Positions 36,209-46,978 of a stretch of DNA of 64,000 nucleotides are shown piece after piece. Position numbers and translations under genes: made by a program. Each line of letters begins with the position of its first letter. Position 1 is the stretch's first letter. The notes under the pieces were generated by a model. That model worked only from the letters and a program-made list of their open reading frames with translations. It was not told where the DNA came from and did not search any database. The DNA comes from Candidatus Hydrogenedentota bacterium (GTDB lineage: Bacteria; Hydrogenedentota; Hydrogenedentia; Hydrogenedentales; JAGMZX01): positions 305 through 64,304 of the forward strand of contig JAKQEQ010000084.1 of assembly GCA_029556545.1 (NCBI GenBank), read 5' to 3'.

Positions 36209-38617
36209 ATGAAAACCCTATTCACTACCTGCCACAGACAAGCGATTTCGCGCGTTGCGATTATCGCATGCACCTCTCTGCTATCGACGTTAGTATCCGC
36301 TCAGAATCCGTTATCGGCGGCGGACGACGCCGATTTCTACAATTTCGTCGAACCTTGGGGGCCGATCCCGCTGACCCTATCGACGGACCGCATCTGGCTT
36401 CGATTCAATGACGACGTGTCTGTGAGTGCGCAAGATGCGGTACTCGCGGCGGAACCGGCGGTGGACCCGGCGCAGCCCGTAACGATAAGGGACAACACCG
36501 GGGCAATGCTGGTCCGATTACAAAGCGGCTTGGACAAGGCGGCGGTATACGGTTCCCTGGAACGACTATCAAAAGCAGCGGAAGTCTACTACGCAACCCC
36601 GGTAGTACAATCAGTTCGAGGTCTTCACGCCGCGACGACGAACCGCTTCTACGTCAGTTTCGACGCGCCTGCGCCTGAGGAGGAACTGATGGCCTTGGGC
36701 GACGCATATGGCGTGGAACTCATCGGAAAACGCACCTATGAACCTATAGGCCGCGTCGGTTTCTGGTTGCGCACCGCCGTGGGATCGACGCTGAACGCGC
36801 TTGCCATGTCCAACCTGTTCTACCACGAGCTCGGCCCGGCCGGCGCGGGGCCCAACTTCGTGGCGCTCTACGATACGCTGGCCGCCACGCCAAACGATAC
36901 CTACTTCAGCAGCCAGTGCACGCAGCCAGCCTACAAGTATCAGTGCAACTTGTCCGCAATCAACGTGCCAGCGGCATGGGACATCACGCGATGGGACCCG
37001 GTTGGCCAACAGTACAAGTACGTGGCGCGCGGGAGCGAGCACATTGTCGTGGCCGTACTGGATACCGGCGTGGACCTCTACTATGGTCAGGGATATCCCG
37101 GTCACGAGGACCTGAACGCCAACCAATGGTTCAATGAGAACGACCCGATAGGCGGTGGCGACGATGACGGAAACGGCCTCGTTGACGACTATTATGGTTG
37201 GGATTTCTGCGACGATGACAATGTGCCCTTTGATGAGAGTGTGGGAGGCCACGGCACCTCCAGTGCGGGCGTTGTCGCAGGCGTTACGAATAATAGCGCC
37301 GGGATCGCGGGCATCGCGGGCGGGTGGGCCCCGAATATCCCAGGGTGTCGAATCATGCCGATACGTGTAGTCTCCTTTCCATGTACGGCCACCAGTTTGG
37401 CGGATGTGGGAGCCGTTACGCAAGGGATCCTCTATGCAGCGGATATGGGAGCCCACGTATTGACAATGAGCCTCGGCGTTTATGACGCTACGCAGGATCT
37501 AACGGACGCGGTACGGTATGCCCGCGCCTGTGGTTCTGTCTTGGTTGCGGCGGCGCACAATTTCGACAACTACGACGACATGGGGCCGGGTTATCCGGCA
37601 CGTTACCCGGAAGTCATCTGTGTCGGCGCGCTAAACCGCCGGCAGGTCGCAAATGATACTGTGCAACGGAAGTTCGGCTCCGAGACCCAAGGGCCGTCTG
37701 AGTTCGGAGAAGACAATCGCGGCCCCGGCCAACGTTACGGGGGTGGACCGTGCATTGAGCAACACCCCGAAGACTGCAATGTGTGCTTGGACTACGTCGA
37801 TGGCTGGGGCAGCAACTTCGGGCCGCAATTGGACATCATGGCCCCCGGCATGGAGATCTGGACGACGGATACATCAGGCGCTCTAGGTCACAATGACAAC
37901 CAGTATGCCAACTGGGACTATAACGCGAGCGAAAACCCTGAGTTCTGGTACAACAAGACCTCTTCCGCCACGCCCCAGGTGGCGGGCGTGGTCGCGTTGG
38001 TGTTGTCGGCCACGCTCGGGGTGGATGACAAGCCCACGCTTGCGCCGGAACAGGTCCAGGCCATTCTCCAGTTCACCGCGGACGATATGCACTACAACCG
38101 CGATGATTACGAGATTGCCGGACCGGGACGAGACATCTATACGGGGTATGGCCGGGTAAACGCGGAAGCCGCCGTTCAACTCGCCATCGCCCCGCGTTTC
38201 GTCGTGCATCAGGAGGGCCAGCATGCGCTCTCCATTGATTCCGCGGGAAACCTCGTGCTTACCGGGGACCTGTGCGAGAGTGCGACGACTCAGCAGATGA
38301 CCCAAACGGGTGCCCGCGAGTTCCTTATAAAGGAAGGTGCGAACGTGATTCTCATCTTGAAGTCCGGGGCCGACTTGTACCTGAAGGGTAAATTGTACGA
38401 GGCGGCGGATGTCGATCTGGATACGGCCTTGACGGAGCAGTCGTTCCGTGTCCGAAGCACTGACGGGGAAACGGTAGCGGCGGTAAACGGCAGTTCCTTC
38501 GTAAACACGACCTTGGAGCCCGAGGCGCCGTACACGGTGCCGGCGGGAAGCCTCATTCTCCGGGGCCGCGCGTTTCTGGCCACCGACCCCGACCGTGAAT
38601 CGAGTCAAGGAATATAG
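36209..38617 (+). CDS. Secreted subtilisin-like serine protease (peptidase S8) with a C-terminal extension
   Basis: Catalytic triad motifs are VAVLDTGVD (Asp), GHGTSSAGVVAG (His) and TSSATPQVAGVVALV (Ser). It has a signal peptide and lower G+C. Confidence 0.92.
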   Translation: MKTLFTTCHRQAISRVAIIACTSLLSTLVSAQNPLSAADDADFYNFVEPWGPIPLTLSTDRIWLRFNDDVSVSAQDAVLAAEPAVDPAQPVTIRDNTGAMLVRLQSGLDKAAVYGSLERLSKAAEVYYATPVVQSVRGLHAATTNRFYVSFDAPAPEEELMALGDAYGVELIGKRTYEPIGRVGFWLRTAVGSTLNALAMSNLFYHELGPAGAGPNFVALYDTLAATPNDTYFSSQCTQPAYKYQCNLSAINVPAAWDITRWDPVGQQYKYVARGSEHIVVAVLDTGVDLYYGQGYPGHEDLNANQWFNENDPIGGGDDDGNGLVDDYYGWDFCDDDNVPFDESVGGHGTSSAGVVAGVTNNSAGIAGIAGGWAPNIPGCRIMPIRVVSFPCTATSLADVGAVTQGILYAADMGAHVLTMSLGVYDATQDLTDAVRYARACGSVLVAAAHNFDNYDDMGPGYPARYPEVICVGALNRRQVANDTVQRKFGSETQGPSEFGEDNRGPGQRYGGGPCIEQHPEDCNVCLDYVDGWGSNFGPQLDIMAPGMEIWTTDTSGALGHNDNQYANWDYNASENPEFWYNKTSSATPQVAGVVALVLSATLGVDDKPTLAPEQVQAILQFTADDMHYNRDDYEIAGPGRDIYTGYGRVNAEAAVQLAIAPRFVVHQEGQHALSIDSAGNLVLTGDLCESATTQQMTQTGAREFLIKEGANVILILKSGADLYLKGKLYEAADVDLDTALTEQSFRVRSTDGETVAAVNGSSFVNTTLEPEAPYTVPAGSLILRGRAFLATDPDRESSQGI

Positions 38618-38658
38618 CCCAGCGAGCCGCGATTCGGCCATTGAAAGGAACCGCTGCA

Positions 38659-40047
<1,389 letters not shown>

Positions 40048-40076
40048 AGCCTCTCGCTTCCACTTCCTCCTCCTCC

Positions 40077-40114
40077 GACGCGGCGGCTGCTCCCCGGTCG
40101 CCGCGTCACTTTTC
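40077..40114 (+). terminator. Intrinsic terminator-like hairpin
   Basis: GACGCGGCG (40077-40085), 13-nt loop, CGCCGCGTC (40099-40107), followed by ACTTTTC. Confidence 0.7.
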
Positions 40115-40299
40115 GCGGTCTGAGTCAACAAGGTCGGCCGTATGCTCCGCCGGGCGGAGTGCCCGCGCGTGATCAGGGCCGCTGCCGCGGCTACCCTCGA
40201 TTGAACGAGCGGAATTGACGCCAGGGACTCGGGCATGCCTATCGTGCCCCGGCAAGGGGCATGCCGCAGGCGCGGCCAGAGGCGTCTATGTGCTACCCG

Positions 40300-41631
40300 C
40301 TACCCGACGGTCTCGGTGCGTCGCGCGTAGGGCAGTGTCCACGGCGCGCGATACGGCTCGGCGACCATCGCGTCCGCCTTCGGGTTATCGAGCACGCGCT
40401 CGGCATCGGCGTCCCAGTGCACTTCCGCCTGCGATCGGAACGCGAGGTTCCCCAGATGCGCCACGGCCGACACGTGGTGGCTGACGTCGAGGTTCTGGAT
40501 GGGCTGTTTGCGCGACTTGACGCAATCCAGGAAGTCGCGGACGTGGGCGGGCCGCCCGTCGTCGCCTGGGCCATGCGTCTCCGCTTCGATGGACTTCCGT
40601 TTCGGCTCCGGCTCGACGACCCAGCCGTCATAATCAATCGTGAGCGTGCCTTCCGTGCCGCTGAAGAGCATCCCGTGCGGTTTCTTGTTCGGGCCGATGC
40701 CGCCCTGAATCTGGTGCTCGAAGATGAGCACATAGGACGGGAAATCGTAGATCGTGGCCTGCGTGTCCGGCGTCTCCGAGTCGTCGTCGAGGGCGCGCTT
40801 GCCGCCGACGGAACTGACGCGCAGCGGCGTCTCCATGCCCATGCCCCACAGGCAGATATTGAGCAGATGCACGCCCCAATCGGTCATGAGCCCGCCCGCG
40901 TAATCCCAGAACCACCGGAAATTGAAGTGGAACCGGTTCGGATTGAACGGGCGCTTCGGCGCGGGGCCGAGCCACATGTCGTAATCCACGCCCTTCGGCG
41001 GGTCGCAATCCGCCTGGTGGCCGATCCCGCCGAGCCAATCGAGATACGCCCACGCGCGCACCATGCGAACCTTCCCGAGCTTCCCCGAGTGCACGTAGTC
41101 AATCGCGGCGGTGTAGTGCGGCCCGCTGTGCCACTGCGTGCCCATCTGCACCACCCGCTCGTGTCGCTTCGCCCCTTCGAGCATGGCGCGCCCCTCGTCA
41201 ATCGTTCGGCCCAAGGGCTTCTCGACGTACACGTCCTTGCCCGCCTGACACGCATAGACCGTCGGCAGCGCGTGCCAGTGGTCCGGCGTCGCCACGATCA
41301 CCACGTCGACGTCCTCGCGATCAATCACGCGCCGGAAATCCTTCACCGTCTCCGGCGCATGACCGCGCCGCCCCTCGACCAGTTCGACGGCTTTCGCGAG
41401 CATGGCGTCGTCCACGTCGCAGATAATCGGGCACTCGATCTCGGGGTTCTTGAAGAACGTTTCGAGGTCGCCCCGGCCCATGCCCCCGCAACCAATCAAT
41501 CCGACCCGCACCTTCTCGCTCGCCGGAACCGCCTGCGCGCGCGCGTGCCGCGCCAGACCGCCAAGTACCGACGCCCCCGCCACCGCTTTCGCCGAGTCGC
41601 CAAGAAAACTACGACGTGTCATCCCGCTCAT
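40300..41631 (-). CDS. Gfo/Idh/MocA-family oxidoreductase with Tat signal
   Basis: Tat-type signal MSGMTRRSFLGDSAKAVAGASVLGGLARHARA. Rossmann motif VGLIGCGGMGRG. GGGAGGAA lies 5 nt upstream of the ATG at 41631. Confidence 0.9.
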   Translation of the reverse strand: MSGMTRRSFLGDSAKAVAGASVLGGLARHARAQAVPASEKVRVGLIGCGGMGRGDLETFFKNPEIECPIICDVDDAMLAKAVELVEGRRGHAPETVKDFRRVIDREDVDVVIVATPDHWHALPTVYACQAGKDVYVEKPLGRTIDEGRAMLEGAKRHERVVQMGTQWHSGPHYTAAIDYVHSGKLGKVRMVRAWAYLDWLGGIGHQADCDPPKGVDYDMWLGPAPKRPFNPNRFHFNFRWFWDYAGGLMTDWGVHLLNICLWGMGMETPLRVSSVGGKRALDDDSETPDTQATIYDFPSYVLIFEHQIQGGIGPNKKPHGMLFSGTEGTLTIDYDGWVVEPEPKRKSIEAETHGPGDDGRPAHVRDFLDCVKSRKQPIQNLDVSHHVSAVAHLGNLAFRSQAEVHWDADAERVLDNPKADAMVAEPYRAPWTLPYARRTETVG

Positions 41632-41690
41632 CGAAGTTCCTCCCTGAAACGCCCAGGGGCGTCTCTGTTCATGCGTCACATGGGCGTATC

Positions 41691-42968
41691 TTATTCCGAT
41701 TCCGCCCCGCTTTCCAGCGGCAGCAAATCATTTACCGGCGGAAACGCGATCACCGTCTCGTAGATGTTGCAGCCGATGACCTGGCCCAGCGACCACGGCC
41801 AGTCGCGGCCCGCGATGTCGGTACTGTAATAGACCATGTAGTAAGCGTTCTCGCCGATGGGCGCGAGAGCCGCATACGCCGTGTCGCCTTTGGACGGGAA
41901 ATCGAGGATCGGGACCAGTTCCATGCCGTCGACATCGAGCCGGAACAGCGAGGTGCGCTTGCGCGTGAAGGCATAGCGGATGAGCTGGCTGCCCCGTCGC
42001 AACGCGCCGGGCAGGCGGTTCCAGCCCCGGTCATACGCGCCGGAAACGTTGCGCCGCGCCACGACGTAGAATGCGCCGCCGCGACGCAGCAGGAACGGGC
42101 TGTCGTACTTGTGCGGCGTATAGCGGCATTCCCACGCGCCCAGGTCGTCCTTCGGCGCGCGGCAGACCATGCCGCCCTGCATTTCGAGGCGTACCACGGC
42201 GACAAGGTTGCCCTCGGCGTCGAACGCGAAGTCCGCCTCTTCCGCGCCCTCGCCCGTAACCTGCGGCTTTTCGGAGACGGGCCGCCAGTCGTAGCCGTCG
42301 GTCGAAGCCAGCAGGCGCACCTCCCCCGCGGGCCGAAACAGGTTATACAGACCCTTGCCATAGTACACCGACATATAGGCGACGCCGTTGTGCGCCTTCG
42401 CCCGCCAGATGATGTACCCCGGCTCGAAGATCGCGCGCGACGGGGTCCAGCGGCCCGGCCCGACGCGCTCGATCGCGAAAATGCCTTGAGGCTCGAACCA
42501 GTAGAACGTGTTCCCCGCCTCGATGAAGTAGAGGAAAAGCCTTCCCTGATAGACCAGGAACCGCGGCTCCCGCAGGTCGGCGTCGGGCTTCTCGATTGTC
42601 GTGTCGAGTTCCCAGCGCGCGCGGTCCGTCGATCGCAGCACGATGATCCGCGCCTTCGGCGAGGCGTAATGGGTCGGTCCGGTGCGGAATGCCAGATAGA
42701 ACGCGCCCTCGAATTCGACCAGGTCGATGACGTTGTTGGACGCCTGAATTTCGAGGTCCGGTGGCAGCCCCGGACCGGGCACAACACATGCCGGCGGCGT
42801 ATACGAAATCCCTCGCGCGGCCTCGACGTCGAATTGAACCGGTTCCTCGATAGGCGTCAACGCAACCAGGAGCACAACGCCCAGCAGGAACAACGTCAAC
42901 GGCGGAAGCCCGATCAGCACAACGGCCCATCGAACCACACGCCGCCAACCCGCAACAGCGCCCCGCAT
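41691..42968 (-). CDS. Membrane-anchored sialidase/BNR-like beta-propeller protein (function unknown)
   Basis: N-terminal TM AVVLIGLPPLTLFLLGVVLLVAL. The segment ...VEFEGAFYLAFRTGPTHYASPKARIIVLRSTDRARWE... parallels the C-terminal domain of 27532..30381 (...IRFQDAWFCTFREGDGHV..GTIRVIRSDDGETWE...). Confidence 0.85.
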   Translation of the reverse strand: MRGAVAGWRRVVRWAVVLIGLPPLTLFLLGVVLLVALTPIEEPVQFDVEAARGISYTPPACVVPGPGLPPDLEIQASNNVIDLVEFEGAFYLAFRTGPTHYASPKARIIVLRSTDRARWELDTTIEKPDADLREPRFLVYQGRLFLYFIEAGNTFYWFEPQGIFAIERVGPGRWTPSRAIFEPGYIIWRAKAHNGVAYMSVYYGKGLYNLFRPAGEVRLLASTDGYDWRPVSEKPQVTGEGAEEADFAFDAEGNLVAVVRLEMQGGMVCRAPKDDLGAWECRYTPHKYDSPFLLRRGGAFYVVARRNVSGAYDRGWNRLPGALRRGSQLIRYAFTRKRTSLFRLDVDGMELVPILDFPSKGDTAYAALAPIGENAYYMVYYSTDIAGRDWPWSLGQVIGCNIYETVIAFPPVNDLLPLESGAESE

Positions 42969-42995
42969 CGCACGCTCCCCGCGCCAAGACGCTTC

Positions 42996-44270
42996 TTACA
43001 GCACGAGTTCCTCTTTCGCGGGATCGAACTTCACGACCTTGCTCTCCCGCAGCGAGAGATGCGCCATGATGATTGCGGTCTGCACGTGATACGCCATGTC
43101 GACGGGGCTCCACGTGTCCTGCGAACCGTTCTGGCAGCACGCGATCCAGTTCTGGAAGTGGTGCAGCAGGTTTTCGCCCTCCTCGATGGGGAACCGCTGC
43201 TCCTTCTTCTCCGACCCGTGCGCCGGAATGAAGACGATCTCCTCCTCCTGGACCGTGAGGCTGCCGTCCCAACCGCGAACGATGGGGATGCGCTGGCCCG
43301 ATCCGCGGTGGCCCGTGCCCTGGTAATCATTACCCTGCGTGCCGAGAATGGCGATGGTGAACTTCTCGGGATAATCGACGAGCATGTTGAACGTGTCGGG
43401 CACTTCCCGCTCCTCGTAGCGGAACTTGCCGCCCGTACCCACGGCGACGCTCGGAAACTTCGCGCCCATGATATGCACCACCGGCGTGAGGATGTGCGGG
43501 AAAAGGTCCGTGGACGGCCCCCCCGCGTAGTCCTCGTACATGCGCCAGCGGAAAAAGCGGCTCACGTCGAAGTCGCGCGGCGGCGAGTCGCCCAAGAACG
43601 CTTCCCAGTTCAGGTCCGGGCCAGGCTTCGCGTTCGGATCGTCGATGGGCATGCCGCGCTCGCCCCAGTCGCCCACCCGGAAGAATCCCGCCTCGGCGTG
43701 GATGGGCTGGCCGATGATGCCGTCCTTCACGAGCGCGCTCATCTGCCGCCACGCCGCGTCCGACATACCCTGCGTCCCGCACTGGAACGTCCGGCCGGAC
43801 TGTTTCACTTCCCGCGCAAGCTGCTTCGTGAGTTCAAACTGCCGCCAGTGCGTCACCGGCTTCTCGCAGTACACGTCCTTGCCCGCGCGAACCGCGTCTA
43901 TCGCCTGAAACCCGTGGTGGTGGTCCGGCGTGGCGATGCAGACGATATCCACGTTCGGGTCCGCGAGCAGTTCCCGGTGGTCCATGTAACCCTTCGCGTC
44001 ATACGCCTTGGCTGCCTTCTCGAGCCGGGGACGATACACGTCGCATACGGCCGTAATCCGGACCGTGCCCTCCTTGTTCTGAATATGCTTCATCGCCTGC
44101 AAGTGGCTGTTGCCGCGACCGCCGACGCCGATGACGCCGACGCCCAAGCGCTCGCGCGCCGGGAAGGCGCGGCCACTATGTCCAACGACGCCGGCGGCCA
44201 TCGCCGCGGCGGCGGTATTGCGCAGAAAGGCCCTGCGGTTCATCCGGGATGCTTGATGCTCGTGGTGCAT
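42996..44270 (-). CDS. Gfo/Idh/MocA-family oxidoreductase with Tat signal
   Basis: Tat signal MHHEHQASRMNRRAFLRNTAAAAMAAG. Rossmann motif VGVIGVGGRGNSH. GGAGAGGAAA lies upstream of the ATG at 44270. Confidence 0.9.
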   Translation of the reverse strand: MHHEHQASRMNRRAFLRNTAAAAMAAGVVGHSGRAFPARERLGVGVIGVGGRGNSHLQAMKHIQNKEGTVRITAVCDVYRPRLEKAAKAYDAKGYMDHRELLADPNVDIVCIATPDHHHGFQAIDAVRAGKDVYCEKPVTHWRQFELTKQLAREVKQSGRTFQCGTQGMSDAAWRQMSALVKDGIIGQPIHAEAGFFRVGDWGERGMPIDDPNAKPGPDLNWEAFLGDSPPRDFDVSRFFRWRMYEDYAGGPSTDLFPHILTPVVHIMGAKFPSVAVGTGGKFRYEEREVPDTFNMLVDYPEKFTIAILGTQGNDYQGTGHRGSGQRIPIVRGWDGSLTVQEEEIVFIPAHGSEKKEQRFPIEEGENLLHHFQNWIACCQNGSQDTWSPVDMAYHVQTAIIMAHLSLRESKVVKFDPAKEELVL

Positions 44271-44357
44271 GACGTGTTTCCTCTCCTGGAAAATGGGTTG
44301 ACCGATTCTAGCGCAGGAAGGCCAATGGCCGCCAGCGCCGTACAAACACGGACAAAC

Positions 44358-44397
44358 CTTGTTGTGGCCGGTGTCCCCACCGCGCCACCGGCCCGAC
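44358..44397. repeat. REP-like palindromic element, family B (copy 2 of 2)
   Basis: cttgttgtggccggtgtccccaccgcgccaccggcccgac. It is intergenic, inside a co-directional minus-strand gene string. Confidence 0.8.
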
Positions 44398-44409
44398 CGA
44401 AGGTTTCCG

Positions 44410-45354
44410 CTAATACCCCTCTCCCTCGGAGAAAGAGGCCAGCGCCCGCCAGCGCTGGTAGATCGCTTCGATCCGCTCGGTGGGCGTCTCGCCGTCCCAG
44501 ATCGCCACGCCGTAACGGAACGTTACCGGCGACTCGCGGGTCACTTCCAGCGCTTCGCGCCACAGGTTCACCGTCGCGGACAGGTAGGAGAACGGGGTCT
44601 GCATCGTGAACCACAGAACGGGACGCGGGTTGCCCGGGTGATCGAACATGGCCGCCGTGACGGGCTTGCCGTCGATCCGCGCGGTGTACGCGCACCAGGG
44701 TCCCGGCGTGAGCCGCTCGTCGCCGCGCACCACTTCGCCTTCGCCCGGCGCGCCGAACCGAAACGCGCCGCCCTTGTCCATCGCCTCGACGAACCGCATG
44801 CCGAGCCCGTGGTAGTGGTGGCCCGTCAACGTGGCGGCGGCCTTCCCCGGCGGCAGTTCGATCCGCGAAGTCCACGTAAGCAAGGACGCGTCGATGTCCT
44901 CCGCGGTCAGCGTCTCGACGGTACGGTATTCGACTACCGCGACCGGCAAGTCCTTCGCGGGGACCCATTCCAAGCGCTCGGTGAACGCCGCGCGGCTGAT
45001 CCCGTTCTCCGAAACGACGCGCACGTCCGACCAGCCCCGGTGGACCTGTTTCCCGCACGTGGGCGTCTCCGCCCAGAAATCGATGTCGTCCGCGATAATG
45101 GCGAACATGAGCGCGTGGTGGTGCAGGTGGTCGTGGGGCGCGTCCCGCAGCGGATTCACGCCGGACGGCGTCACCCACGCGCGCACATACGGCTTGAACG
45201 GCACGCCGCGGTAGGCATACGTCAAGGTCGGCGTCCCGCTTTGAATGACGGTCATCTCCAGGTCGCCGAGGCGGAGTTCCGGCGCGGCTTGCGCCCCCGC
45301 GCGCGAGGCGAGCAACAACGATGTAACCAGGCAGCAATAGCAGATGAGTTTCAT
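44410..45354 (-). CDS. PmoA-family (DUF6807-like) secreted protein
   Basis: It has a signal peptide. The His-rich segments are RDAPHDHLHHHALMF and TGHHYHGLGMRF. Family assignment comes from pattern memory and from the typical adjacency to Gfo/Idh/MocA genes. Confidence 0.85.
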   Translation of the reverse strand: MKLICYCCLVTSLLLASRAGAQAAPELRLGDLEMTVIQSGTPTLTYAYRGVPFKPYVRAWVTPSGVNPLRDAPHDHLHHHALMFAIIADDIDFWAETPTCGKQVHRGWSDVRVVSENGISRAAFTERLEWVPAKDLPVAVVEYRTVETLTAEDIDASLLTWTSRIELPPGKAAATLTGHHYHGLGMRFVEAMDKGGAFRFGAPGEGEVVRGDERLTPGPWCAYTARIDGKPVTAAMFDHPGNPRPVLWFTMQTPFSYLSATVNLWREALEVTRESPVTFRYGVAIWDGETPTERIEAIYQRWRALASFSEGEGY

Positions 45355-45423
45355 CGGGCGGTGTCCTCTATATCACTTGACGGGCCGGAGCCCGCACTAC
45401 GTGCGATGGGGCTGAGGGCAGCG

Positions 45424-46974
45424 CTACTCCCGCGACTCTTCGCGCAGCCGCTGTTCGAGCGTCCGCCGCCGCAATTCCTCGTCCTGGATGCGCAGCACCG
45501 CCTTCTTCTCGGAAGTGGACAGCGGAATGCCCGCCCGCTGCTTGTACTCGATGATCAGGTTCGACGCTTCCTCCCAGAACGCGCTGCTCTGCCAACGGGC
45601 GTGTTCGAGCAACGCAATCGCTTCGAGGTATCGTCCCTCTTCCGCCAGCGTCAGCGCTTCGAGACGATACATGCGGCCAACGCCGAACGCCTCCTCCATT
45701 TCCCGGTAAATCGCCTTGGCCTTGTCGTAGGCGCGAAACGCCAGTTGCCGCTTCTCGCGGCGGGTTTCGGGGTCCTCGGCGGCACGGGCCTCGGCGAGCA
45801 ACCGGTCCCCCTCCTGTTCTTCGAGCAGTCCCTCGTTCCGCTTGATGAATCGCGGCGCGACAATGTTGTCGGGGAAACGGCGCAGGTAGTCGCGCCAGCC
45901 GCGCAGCGCCTCCTGATATTGCCCGTTCAGTTCCAAACACTGGTAGAGTTGGCGCGGCACCCAGCGCTCATGCGGCAGCCGTGTCGCCTGGGTCAGGTAC
46001 TTGATGGCGTTCGGATAGTCCCCGATCTTGTTCCGGTAATGGACGAACCCCTGCTCGAAATACAGCTTGTACTCGCGCGGATTGTTCCGAATCCCGTCGT
46101 CGAGGTAGTCGACGGCCAGATAGTAGAACTTCTCCTTTTCACCCACGAGCGCCCGATGCTTTGGCAGCCATTCCTTGTCCTGCGGCTTGGTCTCCCCCAT
46201 GCCCGCGGTCAGGTTATACCCGAGGTGCCACGCGCCCACGAGATAGGCGTCCACGAATTTCGGGTCGAGCATCACCGTGGTTTTCATCAGCGGCAGCATA
46301 CGGTGCGTCATGCCCATGTGCCAGTACTTGTCCACCTGCAGCCACACGAAATTCGCGGCGACCTTCCGGAAGCCGAAGAACACATTGAACAGATTCACGC
46401 CGGAACTTTGGGCCTCGACAATATCGACGTCTCGCGCGAACGCCAGTTGCCGCGCGCGCAGGTAGCGGTGGAAATCGCCGCGCGCGCCGGCCAGTTCCGG
46501 ACCCTTGGCCAGAGCCCACGCCCGCCCGTCCGGATCCCCTTCCCCAAGCAGGCGCACAATCTCCGCGTCGCCTTCGGGGGTATCAGGCGCGCCCCCGAGG
46601 GCCCGCTGCGTTGAGGCGACCACCTGCCGGAACAGTTCGCGATCCTTGGGCATCCCCGATTCGAGCGTCGGCCTGCTCAACGCCCCGATCGCCCCCGATC
46701 CCAATGCCGCGGCGACGCTCGCGGGCGTCGGCGGAACGGCGGCGCTCGCCAGGGCGTCCGCCGTGATCGACAGGGCTTGCGCGCTGAACCGACGAGCAAT
46801 ATCTCCCTGGTCTTCCTCGCCGGCAAGGTACACGTCCGCGGTAACGCTGTCCATCCACCGGTAAAACCGCTCGGACTCGCGCAGATGGCGCAGACGGCCC
46901 CCTTGCAGGGTCCCGATTGCGAGCAGGGCAAGCAATGCGAACAGCAGCGCTATGTTGACCGCGCGTTGCCGCAT
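45424..46974 (-). CDS. TPR-repeat membrane-anchored protein
   Basis: The start MRQRAVNIALLFALLALLAIG lies 5 nt after the upstream stop. The C-terminal half has TPR-like repeats (...YKLYFEQGFVHYRNKIGDYPNAIKYLTQA...). Confidence 0.85.
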   Translation of the reverse strand: MRQRAVNIALLFALLALLAIGTLQGGRLRHLRESERFYRWMDSVTADVYLAGEEDQGDIARRFSAQALSITADALASAAVPPTPASVAAALGSGAIGALSRPTLESGMPKDRELFRQVVASTQRALGGAPDTPEGDAEIVRLLGEGDPDGRAWALAKGPELAGARGDFHRYLRARQLAFARDVDIVEAQSSGVNLFNVFFGFRKVAANFVWLQVDKYWHMGMTHRMLPLMKTTVMLDPKFVDAYLVGAWHLGYNLTAGMGETKPQDKEWLPKHRALVGEKEKFYYLAVDYLDDGIRNNPREYKLYFEQGFVHYRNKIGDYPNAIKYLTQATRLPHERWVPRQLYQCLELNGQYQEALRGWRDYLRRFPDNIVAPRFIKRNEGLLEEQEGDRLLAEARAAEDPETRREKRQLAFRAYDKAKAIYREMEEAFGVGRMYRLEALTLAEEGRYLEAIALLEHARWQSSAFWEEASNLIIEYKQRAGIPLSTSEKKAVLRIQDEELRRRTLEQRLREESRE

Positions 46975-46978
46975 GGCG

